Positions 36,941 through 49,100 of a DNA stretch of 64,000 nt are shown one piece after another. This DNA comes from Zygnema circumcarinatum SAG 698-1b. Its lineage: Eukaryota; Plantae; Zygnematophyceae. Under the pieces are notes generated by a model. It made no database searches. It worked only from the letters and a program-made list of their open reading frames with translations, and was not told the origin of the DNA. Where the stretch lies: assembly GCA_037447605.1 (NCBI GenBank), contig CM074814.1:1674001-1738000 (forward strand), written 5' to 3'. Every line of letters begins with the position of its first letter. Positions within the stretch are counted from its first letter, which is position 1. The translations under genes were made by a program, and so were the position numbers.

Positions 36941-37547
36941 GGCGACCACTCATGGCAGAAAGGATGCCTGCTCAGAGAGAGAGAGATGGTTTGCTGGAGG
37001 AGATGGCTGAGCTAAGGAAGAAAGCTCTGTAAAGCAAGCACTGCAGGGCCAAGGCAGACATGCACAATCTCATGGTTCAAACAAATTTGCATTTTTGGGT
37101 TTGGGAGGTTTGGTAACTTACCGAATGCAACGAAATGTCGATTTCGAGTCACTTACTACAGAAAACATGCGCCTCTTGTATGAAAAAACAGCCTCAAGAA
37201 CTGAACAATGTGTACCAAAGCTCTGAGAAGGAGCCCAAGAGTAGGCCTGAAGTTAGGGTTAGGTCCAGCCTTTTTTTCCTGTTGCCGTGTTCACAAGTGG
37301 GCCTTGGCCTTGGCTTTGGCTACTTCAAAAATTGAAGGCCAAGGTGTCACGTAGCGTAGTCGTGATTTCTTTAACTGTAACTGCGCACCGCGCCGTAAAG
37401 TTACAGGTGCTAGCGCAATTACGGTCCGACATGGAACGTGCGAATCGAACGGTAGATAAGTGACATAAACGTTCTGTTTCACGGGGGGGAGGGCCCACAT
37501 GGAGACCTATTCGTACGGTCAGCTAGCGTTTTTGGCCACGACCAACC

Positions 37548-38280
37548 AACCATACGGCTGGTTGCCAACCATTGGCGGCGGATCGAAACAACCATTCGAA
37601 TAGTTCGGAGGATGCCAATGGTTGGCGACCAATCGAATGGTTCGGTACCAGTAGGGGGTGTCAGACTTAAAAATTGTTCGTAAGTTTGAGACCAGAACGA
37701 GTACTTCGGTGACATCGCAATCCTGGTGCGGCGGAGTACTTACAAAACTTTTTTGTTCGTAAGATTTCGTTAAGTCTGACACCCCCTAGTGAATGCAAAT
37801 GCCTCCCAACAATTCAACTGGTTGCCAACCATTGGCACCGGACACTAACAACCATTCGAATGGTTCGGTACCAGTGGATGCAAATGCTTCCCAACCATTC
37901 GACTGGTTGCCAGCCATTTGCGCCGGACTGAAACAACCATATTCGAATGGTTCGGAACCAGTAGATTCCAAATTCGGTACCAGTGGATGCAAATGCTTGC
38001 CAGCCATTCGACTGGTTGCCAACCACTTGACGTCCAACCATTGCCATCCAATGATTGTCCATTGGTTGCCGATCCAATGGTCCGACCTGTGATGTATTGT
38101 GCCAATATTGCACAGATCGGACCATACCATTGACAATGGTTGCGAGTGATTGGAACGGTTGCAAATTGATTCGCTACTCGGGCAACCATTGCCAATGGTG
38201 CCAGCCATTGAGTTCAATGGTTGTGAACCATTGCCGTCGGACCGAAACAAGCATTGGACGTCCCACCATTGCCATCCAAC
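37548..38280. repeat. Degenerate minisatellite of ~75-bp units built from AACCATT/AATGGTT palindromes
   Basis: The unit tggttcggtaccagtggatgcaaatgcttcccaaccattcgactggttgcca... recurs 3-4 times. A perfect 16-bp palindrome aaccattcgaatggtt lies at ~37850-37865. A related segment lies at 15135-15230. Confidence 0.8.
37653..37787. mobile_element. 135-bp MITE nested in the palindromic array
   Basis: Perfect 18-bp TIR agggggtgtcagacttaa. 3-bp TSD AGT at 37650-37652 and 37788-37790. Removing the element restores the sister-unit sequence accagtgRatgc. Confidence 0.85.
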
Positions 38281-38392
38281 GGCCCCCTCGACTGCCGCAG
38301 CGCAGCCACGCCATGGCTAACCAGACCTGCCTCCGCAAGTCGCCGCACCAACTAACGGCCATCGCTAGCCAGCCATTCTAGTCAGTAGATCA

Positions 38393-38446
38393 CCAATGGT
38401 CACTCACCACGTGCCCACTTCTGCACACGTGGCATCATCCGATTGG
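38393..38446. promoter_or_regulatory. Inverted ERSE-type dyad, both halves perfect
   Basis: ccaat ggtcactca ccacg (38393-38411); cgtgg catcatccg attgg (38428-38446). Confidence 0.55.
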
Positions 38447-38571
38447 CAGATGCTCGCGCGGTTTTTCCTCTCCGGATTTCCCCTGCCTTGGTGCACGGCT
38501 GGCTGGCTGGCCCGCGCCCGGCCCGTGCTCGCTTCAGGGCGGGACTCAACCCTCCGGCAGGGAAGGTCCAG

Positions 38572-38625
38572 CCAATCATAAAATGTCACGTGTCCTAATT
38601 TGGAAACGTGGCAGGCTGTCATTGG
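38572..38625. promoter_or_regulatory. Inverted ERSE-type dyad ~190 bp upstream of the HCS ATG
   Basis: ccaat cataaaatgt cacg (CCAAT-N10-CACG, 38572-38590); cgtgg caggctgtc attgg (38607-38625). Confidence 0.55.
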
Positions 38626-38815
38626 GTGCAGTCGGTCCGTACAGCCATCAAATATTGGAGAACGACGACGGTTCGCGAGGGGAGACCCCGAAAGCGACGC
38701 GGAGCGAGCCAGGCCTTGGTCGAGCCGAGGGCGATCCATGGCCGAAATGGGGGGGGTGTAGGCACTGGGGTGGCAGGGAGGCACCGGGGCGCATTCCTTC
38801 GCGGCATTTCTATTC

Positions 38816-41433
38816 ATGGTTGATGCTCGCAAGGCGCTGCAGTGGTTGTCGCCGCTCCTTCGTAATACTGTCGTGCAGCCGCTTGGTTTCAGAACATACG
38901 CTGTAAACGTCGGGCGTACAGGGAGGAATTCTGTGCATTCTGCTGCTTATGATTGCTCTCTGAAGCGCAGAAGCAGAAGGATTGGCTATATATTTTTTCC
39001 AATGGATTCGGAAGGTGTGGCCTTGAAGCATGAAGCCTGCGTTGACGGGGGGCCGAAAGTGGAAGTTCTTGGAGTGAAGCAAGAGCAGTTGGGAAAGTCC
39101 TCTACTGAGCTGAAGCACGGCCACGAAGCACCAGGAGGTGGCGCTGTTGGCAAGATGGTCGATAATGGCGCCGCGGGTGGAAGCAGAACGGACTCTGGCG
39201 ATTTAGAAAAGGCAGCGAATGCACTGCTCTTGGTGGCGAGAACTGCAGACGAACTTGCATTGGCTGAAAATCTATCTCTCGCAGGAACACAGCTGCGAGA
39301 AGGTTTTCGACTCATTTGTTGTGTGAATGGAGAAGGCAGCACGGAGCTGGAGCTGAACCGTTGCGAATTTCAGGGCTCTGAATTTTTTCAGCAGTTAAAA
39401 ACAAGCACGCTGGGAGGAGTGTTAGTGCTTTCTCCCCGCCTGCAATCAACGCAGACACTGCTGTCCCAGTAAGTTGCCTTCTTTGCGCACATTGAGTAGC
39501 AATTCAATTAACAGTCTCATAAACTACTCTGACGAGGGGCGAGCCGAAGTAGGGAAGAGTCATCTAGATAGCTTGGTACTTATACGGCTGTCTGATGCCT
39601 TGCCATCCTCACTGGAGCTGGGAGGGCTCAGAAATTTTAAAGCATTTCCTGTTGGGACGGTGTGCGTTGCAGACGTACAGTACAAGGGTCGTGGTGAGTG
39701 CAGTTCCAAGTGTGCTAACTTTTAGAGTTGCTTTTTTTTTTTTTTTTAAATGAACTTCTGTTCCTTTGTTTGTAGGCTCAAAATTGTCAATAAGCTGTGG
39801 AACCCAAATTGTTTTTTCAACAGTTCCCGTTAGTGCTGTATTCGGCGACTCAGTTGGCTCCATAGTGTATGCTCCAGGGCGTGGCGGGAACACATGGGAA
39901 AGCCCTAAGGGCTGCCTTATGTTCTCAATGACTTTACAAGAAAGTAATGGCCGTACTCTGCCCTTTCTTCAGTACGTGGTCTGCTTGGCAGTGGTTAAAG
40001 CTGTGGAAGAGGTCGCCCGTGAGAGACCTATGGTGAGCTAATCCCGCTCCTTTGCTCATAAACATTTGAAATCACTCGCGGTCAAAACTTCAACAGCATG
40101 TCTACTTTGAAGTGCAAAATTGCACTACCATGCAATGCTCATTGCATCACTAGCCTTACTAGAAGCATTCCTCCATTGGGTTTCCAGGTGAAGCCAATGG
40201 ATGTACGTATTAAATGGCCCAATGACCTCTATGCCGGAGGAGTGAAGATTGGAGGAATCTTATGCACTTCCACTTACACAGCATCGGAGAAGTTGTTCAA
40301 TGTTGTTGTTGGTAAGCAGCAGGCTCAAAGATCTTATCAAGTTTGTGTAACCTGTGCCGTTATGTGATCAAAGTGGATACAGGTTCACACACTAAAGGTT
40401 GCTAAAGGACATCTGAACAACTTAAGGTTGTATCTGGTGGCCTTCATTTTCAGGATGCGGCTTCAATGTGTCAAATGAGCAGCCTACTACATGCCTCAAC
40501 GCGTTGCTCGCAGCCAATCAGAGCCCAGGCTCACATGCGAGACCGGTCTCACGCGAAGAGCTTTTATCCGAAATTGTGAATCAGCTGGAGGTGCTCCATG
40601 ACCAGTTTGTCACGAATGGTAAGAATGAGTGGCACAGCTCTTCAACTTCTCGCTGGCAGTTTCTCGCTTTGGAGCAGTGCCTTTCCTGTAAACTTGTTCC
40701 TTGCTGAGAGGCCATTGGCGCTGAACAGGGTTTGACGATTTGCGTGAGGCGTACCTTCAGCGCTGGCTCCACACGTAAGACCAGCGAACTTTGGCGGAGA
40801 AAGAGTGGCATACTAATAAGTGTCGTATGGTGAAGAACAGATGCTGTGTACAACAGGTAGCAGCAGGCTGGTATCTTTTGCAATCCTTAAGCTCAATTTC
40901 ATAGGTTTCCGCAATTGACTTTTGAGTTCTATCCTTCATCGCTCAGAAACTTGAATCCCATGGTTGATTGCTATTAAGAACAACAGCAAACTATGGCAGG
41001 TACATGTCGTTAACCAAATGTGTCGGAATCATGTGGGCCAGAGGGCAACGTGTGGAGTTGGAGGAAGCCAATGGGGAAAGGATTTGGTTGACTGTGGAGG
41101 TGAGCTTAAAGACAATCAGGATTTTCCCATGGCTTTGGCCCATTTGTGTGTTAATCTCTTGAGGAGGTCCTGAAGATCAGGTTGTGGTGTGCAGGGACTA
41201 ACTTCCGATGGATATCTGTTGGCTGTTGATGGTCAAGGAGAGAAGTTTGAGCTCCATCCTGATGGCAACAGGTCTGCAGCTGCCCATATCTTTTCCCTCC
41301 TGTCATTATCCGACTCTGCTACCTTGGAGTAGGAGGGGCTTCATAACTGACACTGTTTGCCTCTGATTGGTATATGCGCAGCTTGGACTTCTTCAAAGGT
41401 TTGGTGAGAAAGAAGCTGACAGCAGCTGAATGA
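38816..41433 (+). CDS. HCS1: Holocarboxylase synthetase / biotin--protein ligase
   Basis: VGTVCVADVQYKGRG|RGGNTWESPKGCLMFS, LPFLQYVVCLAVV, MDVRIKWPNDLYAGGVKIGGILCTS, NVSNEQPTTCLN, GLTSDGYLLAVD...FELHPDGN|SLDFFKGLVRKK. Confidence 0.95.
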
Positions 41434-42170
41434 GGCTTCATGTTGATGGTGGACCGAAGCATCTCCGCGAGCGGTCGTTTGTATGTTTAGTAGCCGTGTG
41501 CAGTGCAGACCAGATGTGTGTTCTGCTAATTGTAAAGGAGGATTTGGAGCTATTTTAGGGAAACAGCGAGAAGCTCCTGCGGCTCCCACTGCTGATAATA
41601 GAGCTTGAAACGGTTCTAGTTATAACAAGTGTAGCTTAAATCGGAGAACACTTTTGGCCTTGGGAGGCGTCTGATCTGCCCACTACTGTTGGCTGCAGTG
41701 ATTTTGTTCAGTTGAAGCGTCAATTTCAGGCAAAGTTGTATTTCAGAAGTAAACTCCTATAAACTAATCTATGGAGGGTTGCGGGAGGGATTAGGATTCG
41801 CTAGAAGAGAGGAACCTGTGGAAGGAATTATATGTGTGCGAGAACATTAAACTAGTTATGATTATTCCGTTAAGAATTTCACATTCCAATAGTAAGCCTT
41901 GTAACATTTATAGAACAGTACCATGGGATATGTCTCCTACTCCAACCTCGAACGTTACAGTGTCAATTAAAGGAGACACGGTAAACCCAATCAACAGTTT
42001 TTGACAATTTTGAAGAAAAACACAATTTCTATGTACAAATCTCGCCAGTAATTTATGAATTTCCGTAACTCTCACCTCTTACAGTTATTGGAGAAACACC
42101 GGTCTTTTAGGCTATAACCAATACTCCAGAACCAACAGGATGAATGATTTCATTCAGCGGAAGTTTCTTA

Positions 42171-44332
42171 CTATACACCTCTGCTTCCGACCTGCAGCTG
42201 CGCCTGAAGCTCCCCAGCCAATCGCAACTGTGCGTCCAGAGCTATCTCTAGCTTAGCACTTCGTGCACTCCACTCCTCCAACATCAGCCGCAGTCTCGCA
42301 TTCTCATCAACATACTGCACATGAGAATGCACATCAAAAAATAGGGACGGTGAGAAGTGATCCTTTCTTAGGTGTAGATTTTTTTGCAGATTGCTCTCGT
42401 TCTTGAAGCAACATGGCGTCCACACCTACCTGCTGATTCCCATTCCGCAGCCGCGCACATTCATCCTGCTGCTCTGCCAGCATGCCGTGAGCTCTAAGGA
42501 GCTCGGCCTGCAGCTGCTCACGCTCCGCCGCCATGGCCTGCTGCTCCTGCTCACGGACAGCAAGGAGCTGGGAAGCCTCCACCTGCCGCATAGCGTCCTC
42601 TCCCGCAAAATGCGTTTGCTGGCTTAGACGTTCCTGCAGCCGTAGAATCTGCAAAACGTTGCACAACATTTCTTTAAATTCCGTATCACTGAAAGGATAA
42701 GGAAAGGAAGGCCTCGGGTCGGAAACAAGAACAAAGGAGGCGTCACCCTACAATCCTAGGTCATGAGTGATCAGTGAAGTAGCTACAATGGGAGAAAACC
42801 AAAGGAGAATACACTAAATCCAAAGCCGTTCCACGATGACAAAAACAGTAGAAGACTAAAGCGGACTTATTGATGCCATCAAGTTCAAACGTTGAGATAA
42901 GTTGATCACAAGGCCACACGTGAAACTGAAGCATGACCATAAATTTACCCATACCCATGAGCATGACACTGTTACAAAATAAAAAAAAAGGGAAGACAGG
43001 GGAACAGGACTTTCATGCCAACTTCCTTGGAAACTTAGAATAAAAAACGTCAGATTCCTTATAAGCTTTGGAAGATTCCAAAACTAGCTGACTAAAAAGC
43101 GCTAGAAAAGCACGTTCCAACAATGGAAAATGCATGAACACCTCGTGCTCAAATTATAAGGAATCAAGTACCAGTAACGTCCAACCTCCCGGGCATAAGC
43201 TCGATAAAGAGCGAATACAGATTAACATTAAAGTATCGTTTGAGGCAAAACTAATACGTATACGCCATGACTTGCACGCAATGGCTGTGTCGGAATGAAC
43301 AATCAGCAGGGTTACCAAATTCGTCTACATTCAAAAGTTGGCAGTCCAACACCACAGGCATGAGAATACGCAGTAATTCTACTCGCAGTAAACAATGCCA
43401 ATCAGCTCAATACCATTAACTTTAGCAACATGTGAAAAAACATGTCCCCATTCCTCTTGTCATCGCAACGTAAGCACAGTGTGAGAGAGTGGAAAGATAA
43501 TAATAAATAATTCCACTCTCCGAGAGTACTCAGAGAGTGGAATTATTCAATAAATAAGTAAAATGTAGACTGTGTCGACTATTGGATCTCAGGCAGGGCA
43601 GGACTGAGAGCGCCCGCGGGAAGGTTAGCAAAGGCGATCTACCTCGTGATTGAGGCGCTGCATGTTTTCCTGCTGGAATTGGAGAAGCGCCGCCTGCCGC
43701 TCGACCAGCCCCTCCTCTTCGCGGTAAGAGATCTCCTCCGACCTCAGAGAGCTAACTGACGAAAGCTCCTCATACGCATCCGGCAGCTCGTGCTCCGCGC
43801 GCAACACGACAATGCACCAAAAGTAGAACGATACTACACCCGCTAAAAATGCTATCTCAAACCCTAAAATCAAGTGCAATACAAGCCGCGCTATGTGGCC
43901 TTCTAACGTTATTGACGCTAAGAGCGTTGCAGAGACTGCATACGATGCGACTGTCAAGGGAATAGGAAGCAAGCCTCCCATTCTCTTGCAAAACCTCAGA
44001 AATCCCCTCTGAAGCTGCTGCCGATGAAAGAGAGTGAGGTACTCCTGCAGCCAGCTGGCGCCCATCACGAGGACCACACTCTCCACTGCCAGCGTCCGAA
44101 GCTCCTGCGCCCGCACCTCTGCAGAAAGCAGTTGCGTCCAGAACGCCGCAATGGATGCAGCGCAAGCTCCTAGAAGCACAAGGAAGGCCACGAGGCCCGT
44201 GTCAGGGTGCCACCGCTTGCGCTTCTCTGAAGACGCGGGAGGCGGGCCCCCTCCCCCCGCCATGAAGAGCGCGCAGAGGTCGACAGCCGAGCCATGGCCG
44301 GGCAGCGCGCCCTCCGGCAGCGCCCCCCGCAT
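42171..44332 (-). CDS. FIP1: TMEM192-family membrane protein with C-terminal coiled coil (FRIGIDA-interacting protein 1-like)
   Basis: Four hydrophobic segments in exon 1, then QAALLQFQQENMQRLNHE|ILRLQERLS...|YVDENARLRLMLEEWSARSAKLEIAL, matching the plant FIP1/TMEM192 C-terminus as I recall it. Confidence 0.82.
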
Positions 44333-44872
44333 GGCTCCCCCCTATGGCGCAGCCATGGCTGCCGCTCCCACGAGGGGGGGGGGCTGCCGATATGTCTCAA
44401 GGACCTAGGGGGCCTAGCTCCTAGGGGCCTAGGGGCCTCGTGGTTAGTGATCCGTTTGTATCAAACGCGTGTATAATACCTGTACCACATTTTAAAAATA
44501 CAGTGTACTTTATATGTATTTAACGTCTTTTCTTTTCTTCGTTTTATTGTTAGTTAGATAGAGCTTGATTATTATAATAATTGAAGCTTCAAGCCGTAAG
44601 GCAGCTCTAGGATACCTTATGCTAGTCTCAAAATAGTTGTATTGAAAAATAGGTCTACAAGAGCAGTTTCAAGGGGGACGGTGATGATGGGACATGTGGT
44701 AGTGCTGCTACAGTGGCGCATCATGAGAAGGATAAGAGAAGAAAACCAGCAACAAAATTATGATCCTCCAGCAAGAAAAGTAGAATTAGCAGAAGGTGCA
44801 AAGGGTCTAGGGATTCACGTCACTTGCTAAACACTCAACACGTGTAAGTCGACCCGTACAATTTCGTACACT

Positions 44873-45290
44873 GTACAGTACAGTACAGTACAGTACAGTA
44901 CAGTACAGTACAGTACAGGGGGTCCTCGTCATATTTTCCACCTTGAACAGTGCGACACCAATAAATTCGCCCCGATTTTGCCGAAACCACCTTTTTGTAC
45001 GGTAACTTTATGTAAGCCGTACTATTCGTACTATCCGTATTATTCGTACTATTCGTACTATTCGTACTAGCTGTACTAGCCGTTACGGGCTAACGCAAAA
45101 CTTCACCTAATCTCCCCGCAAGTGCCGCCGTAAGAGGCGCTCGCTCTTCTCCCCTTCTTACTGGCTTCGATACGATACGATACGTCCAGATACGGTACTC
45201 TTCGTACTGGCCGTACTGGCCGTACCAATCGATACCGCACGATACGGTACGATATGACAGCAAAGCATACGATACGATACATACGGACAT
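44873..45290. repeat. GTAC-rich cluster: (gtaca)9 at 44873-44917, tattcgtac repeats, gatac repeats
   Basis: Read directly. Similar clusters occur at ~9150-9200, ~31045-31340, ~57735-57750 and ~58285-58340. Confidence 0.85.
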
Positions 45291-45481
45291 ACATGAACTC
45301 TAACATAATTCCGCTCGCCTATTGGCAACACGGACCTTCTATTTGCCAAAAACAGTATTTTCGCCCGGTATTTGCCGAAGGTGTATAGTACGGAACAATA
45401 CTCGTGGCCGACGGGACCTAGGGGCCTAAGGGGGCTAGGGGCCTTCGGGCCCTTCACGAACACCACTCGACCATCACTCGT

Positions 45482-45533
45482 CCAATGGCAATTCACCACG
45501 TGGTCAAAATTGCACGTGGCGGGCTATCATTGG
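45482..45533. promoter_or_regulatory. Inverted ERSE-type dyad between the divergent FIP1 and ATG13 genes, both halves perfect
   Basis: ccaat ggcaattca ccacg (45482-45500); cgtgg cgggctatc attgg (45515-45533). Confidence 0.55.
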
Positions 45534-46132
45534 CCGAATGACTAAGCAAAAGTGGGGAAACGCCCTCCCCAGTTGCCACCCGCTCGCACTTGAGATCTAA
45601 CGCGTTCCATGCAAGGGAGCTGGAGCTGCGCGTGAATTCAAACAGGAACAGTGACAGTGACATACAGCGGTACAAGGAACGTGAAGAGGGCGGGGAGGCG
45701 GCCTTGGCGTCGGTCGTCCGCGAACGGCCTCTCCCTCCCTCCCTCCCTCCCTCCGCTCGTGGCTCACGTCATGGCTGCCGCGGAGGCCTCCACGCCATAG
45801 CCGGAAGCTGCGAGCTGCTGCTTCCTCCGCAGGGAGGGGGAGAGGGACGAGGGAGGTGGCATATAAGGACCAATGCTATGATATCAGAGCAGTGCGCGCG
45901 TGCCTGCAAGGGGAGTGAGCGAGGAGGGAGGGGTGGGCTGGCGGGAGGGAGTTGGTGAGGCGGGAGCAACGCTTGATTTTTAGGGTTAGGGTATTTTTGG
46001 ACGAGGCATTGGAAGTGGAGGATGCTGCCGCTAAGGAGACACCGGAGGGAGGAGGACTTTTCGCCTGAAGCAGAGGAGGCCAGGCTGTTATAGCTGCTGC
46101 CAATGTGGCGCTGCTGACAGCGGAACGAAGGT

Positions 46133-49100
46133 ATGGCAAGCACATCCGAGAAGGCACGCACAGACCAAGTCGTGGCGGAATTTTTCGGGAAGAGTCTTCA
46201 GATAATTCTGGATGCACGATTGCCCTTCATCTCTTCAGAAGGCAGGCGGGAGGCTCATGGCGCCGCGTCTTCCTCTTCTTCTTCCTCACCATCCTCCGCG
46301 CTGCGAGGAGCTAACAGATGGTTCAACTTGGAGCTGGAGGCGGGCCGAGCAGACTTGCTAGCAGAGCATGTGGAACCATGGCGGCGCATTCCCTCAGAAG
46401 CCCTGGTTCTGGACATTTTCCTGCAGCAGCCTGCGGGGGTGGAGACTTCCATGGCCAGTCCTGCTTCTGGCGGAGCTGGAGCTCATGCTGGTGGGGGTTC
46501 AGGAGGTGGTAGAAACGCAGAGGAAGGAAGCAGCATAACACTACTGGAACGATGGGTGGTGCACTATGAACGTTTGAAACGGGCCATAGGGGAAACTGCA
46601 GGCAGAATTGACAATCAGGGCGGAGGTACTGGAACAGCCTCTGGAGGTCAGGCAAGCAGCAGCGGGGGACCAGGGGGTAGCCAGACTTCCACAATTGAGG
46701 TTCCTGTAGTGTACAAGCATACTGTGATTATGCTACGATCACTGTACTGTCTAGCGCGAGCTCTTCCAGCTCACAGGTTATTTCGTCTAGCGAGGTCTTT
46801 ATCAAATCATAGGAATTTCAGCCTCACATACAGGTTACCTTCATGCGCCTCCCCTCTGAGTGAGGCAGATGCCGCTGCCATGTCCACATGGAGCCTCACC
46901 CCTGTTGCTACACCATGGGGCCGCATGTGCTTGTCTGTGGCATACCGCCAAACAACTGCAGTCACCGCTCTGGAGGTTTCCCCTTCCATCCTGCCCCGCA
47001 TCATCAGCGATTATGTTGGCAGCCCTACGACTGACCCTCTCCGGCGTTTTCCTGCCGCTCAGGTGGGCCTCTCCATTCCGTCTAGTGGTCCAGCAGGTAG
47101 AGCAGTGCATATAGTACCCCTCGTGACGTCCGGACCGATAACCTCCCCCTCCTCCGCTCCCCTCGGCCGGCGAAGTAGTTGGGGCACTAGTCAGTCTGCC
47201 CATCCGCATAATCTCCATTCTCCAACTTCTCCTTCGGCTCATCCCTCCCGTTCTTCTTCCACGTCTCCCTCGTCTGTCCATCAACCTTATCCTGTATCCC
47301 AACCTATCCCTATTCAGCACCACCCATCGTCAGCCTCTCGGTCACCTTCGCCGTCACCTCCTGCGCACTTTCAGGATCATCTTCACAGGACTGCAGTTCG
47401 CAGTTTTTCCAGGTCTACAAGTGCCCCTGTCAGCATCCCTAGGGCTGCTAGCCGAGGCTCGGGGGGTTTTACTACCAGCGGCAATCAAGCTTCTCGAACA
47501 TCAGGAGTTCCCTTCCCTCCCCATCCCCCCTTATTGGCTCGTAATCTTACTGTACCTGCGCAAGCGCAGGGAAACTCTCCGACTCTTGCGGAGCCTTTCT
47601 CTTTGGAGGCTACAAGAGGTGGACACAGGGTGTCAGTGGCCAACATGACAAAGGCCCAAAGCTTGAAAGATGGAAGTATAGTGGTCAGGGGTGGGATCAT
47701 TAGCAGCAGTCCTCCACTGCCATTTGCAAGCACTCCGACTAATGCTCGTCAGCTTCTGCCTATGGCCCCGTATGAAGGGCAATTGGCGGCCATTTCTCGT
47801 GCCACGCCGCCCATCTCCGGGGGGGAGACGTCGGCTTTGGCTCTGTCACGGCTGCCTTCATTCTCACTTTCAGCTGACATTAAGCTGCCAGCTCCGCTAT
47901 CGATTTCACCACTGGCTGATTCTGCGCTGCTGATGTCGCCCCCTCACCCTTTCCACAAAATGCATCAGGTGCATATTGGCCTCTTTTCATGTTGTTGCAT
48001 CGGGGTTGAGCTAATGTCTCAGGCTTCAGAGTGAGTCCTGAGCATTTAGCACGTGTAGGCAGCCCTTACTGCTCCCGTTTCTTTTGTTTTGAAATTTATC
48101 GTCGGGTATGACTGAAGGGTAATAGCATTATGATTGTGAAACCTATTGTGCAGTACTTATGGTTCTACACCATGTTCTTCTGAATGTCCTTTTGCTCCTT
48201 GTTCAGCCGCATCTACTGCCCTATAGTGAAAAGAAGGATCAACATGGAAGAGCGTCCTCCAATGATTAGGCCACCTTAGCGGATTCCATTAGTGATAGTC
48301 TGTGGCAAAGTCTAAACTCTCCTACAACCTCACGAGGGATAGGTTTGAGCGTGCGCATGGATTAGTTCACATCTTGGATGGGTTGGTTTCCCACTGGCGA
48401 AAGTTTAGTTCAAAGAGATACGGCACATTTCTACCATAGCTGTGGGTCCTTTTGTCTGGTTAGACGCATTCAAACTTAAGGCTCAGATTTAATATATGCT
48501 AGTTGTTTATTTCCTCTATGTCCTTGCCTCAGCAGTGGTAGCAGACCGATTGATGAATAGATGTTATTTTTGCAATACAGGCGGTGGGCATTAGCGGACC
48601 TCCTTCTGGAGGTCGCCTTTCTGTGTACAGAGCTCCGCAGTTGGGCTATGGGGGAACCATGGCGAGCGATGGAGGGAGAGATGAAGATGATGACTTTGCA
48701 TTGCCATTTGCTGTCGACGATGAAGAGCTCATTCGACGTAGCAGGTAATTATAACCTTACTGGAACCCTGACCCTCATCAATAGTGATAGGCACTTGACG
48801 TAAGTCTATATTACTGTGTTGCTCATGTCTCTTTTCTCCACTCAATTGATGATAACCCATTCAGAATTTTCCTATCCCTAAAGGGCTGACTGTACTTACT
48901 TACACCTCTCTAACCCGTGAATGCAGAGGTGATGGTGGGACGGGGGCATGGTTGACTTCACCTGGAGGAGGGGGTGTGAATGGAGACTCCTCTGGCCAGT
49001 CTGCTCTGAGCAGCCGCCAATCACAGGATGCAGCTGTGGGAGCCCTTGTTCGAAGTCTGAGAGCTGCACCACCCCTTAGACAGGGAAGCTTGTCAGGGAG

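Noticed and set aside
37548-38280. CRISPR-like repeat-spacer array
   Set aside because: The units are degenerate tandem copies without unique spacers, there are no cas genes, and the context is eukaryotic.
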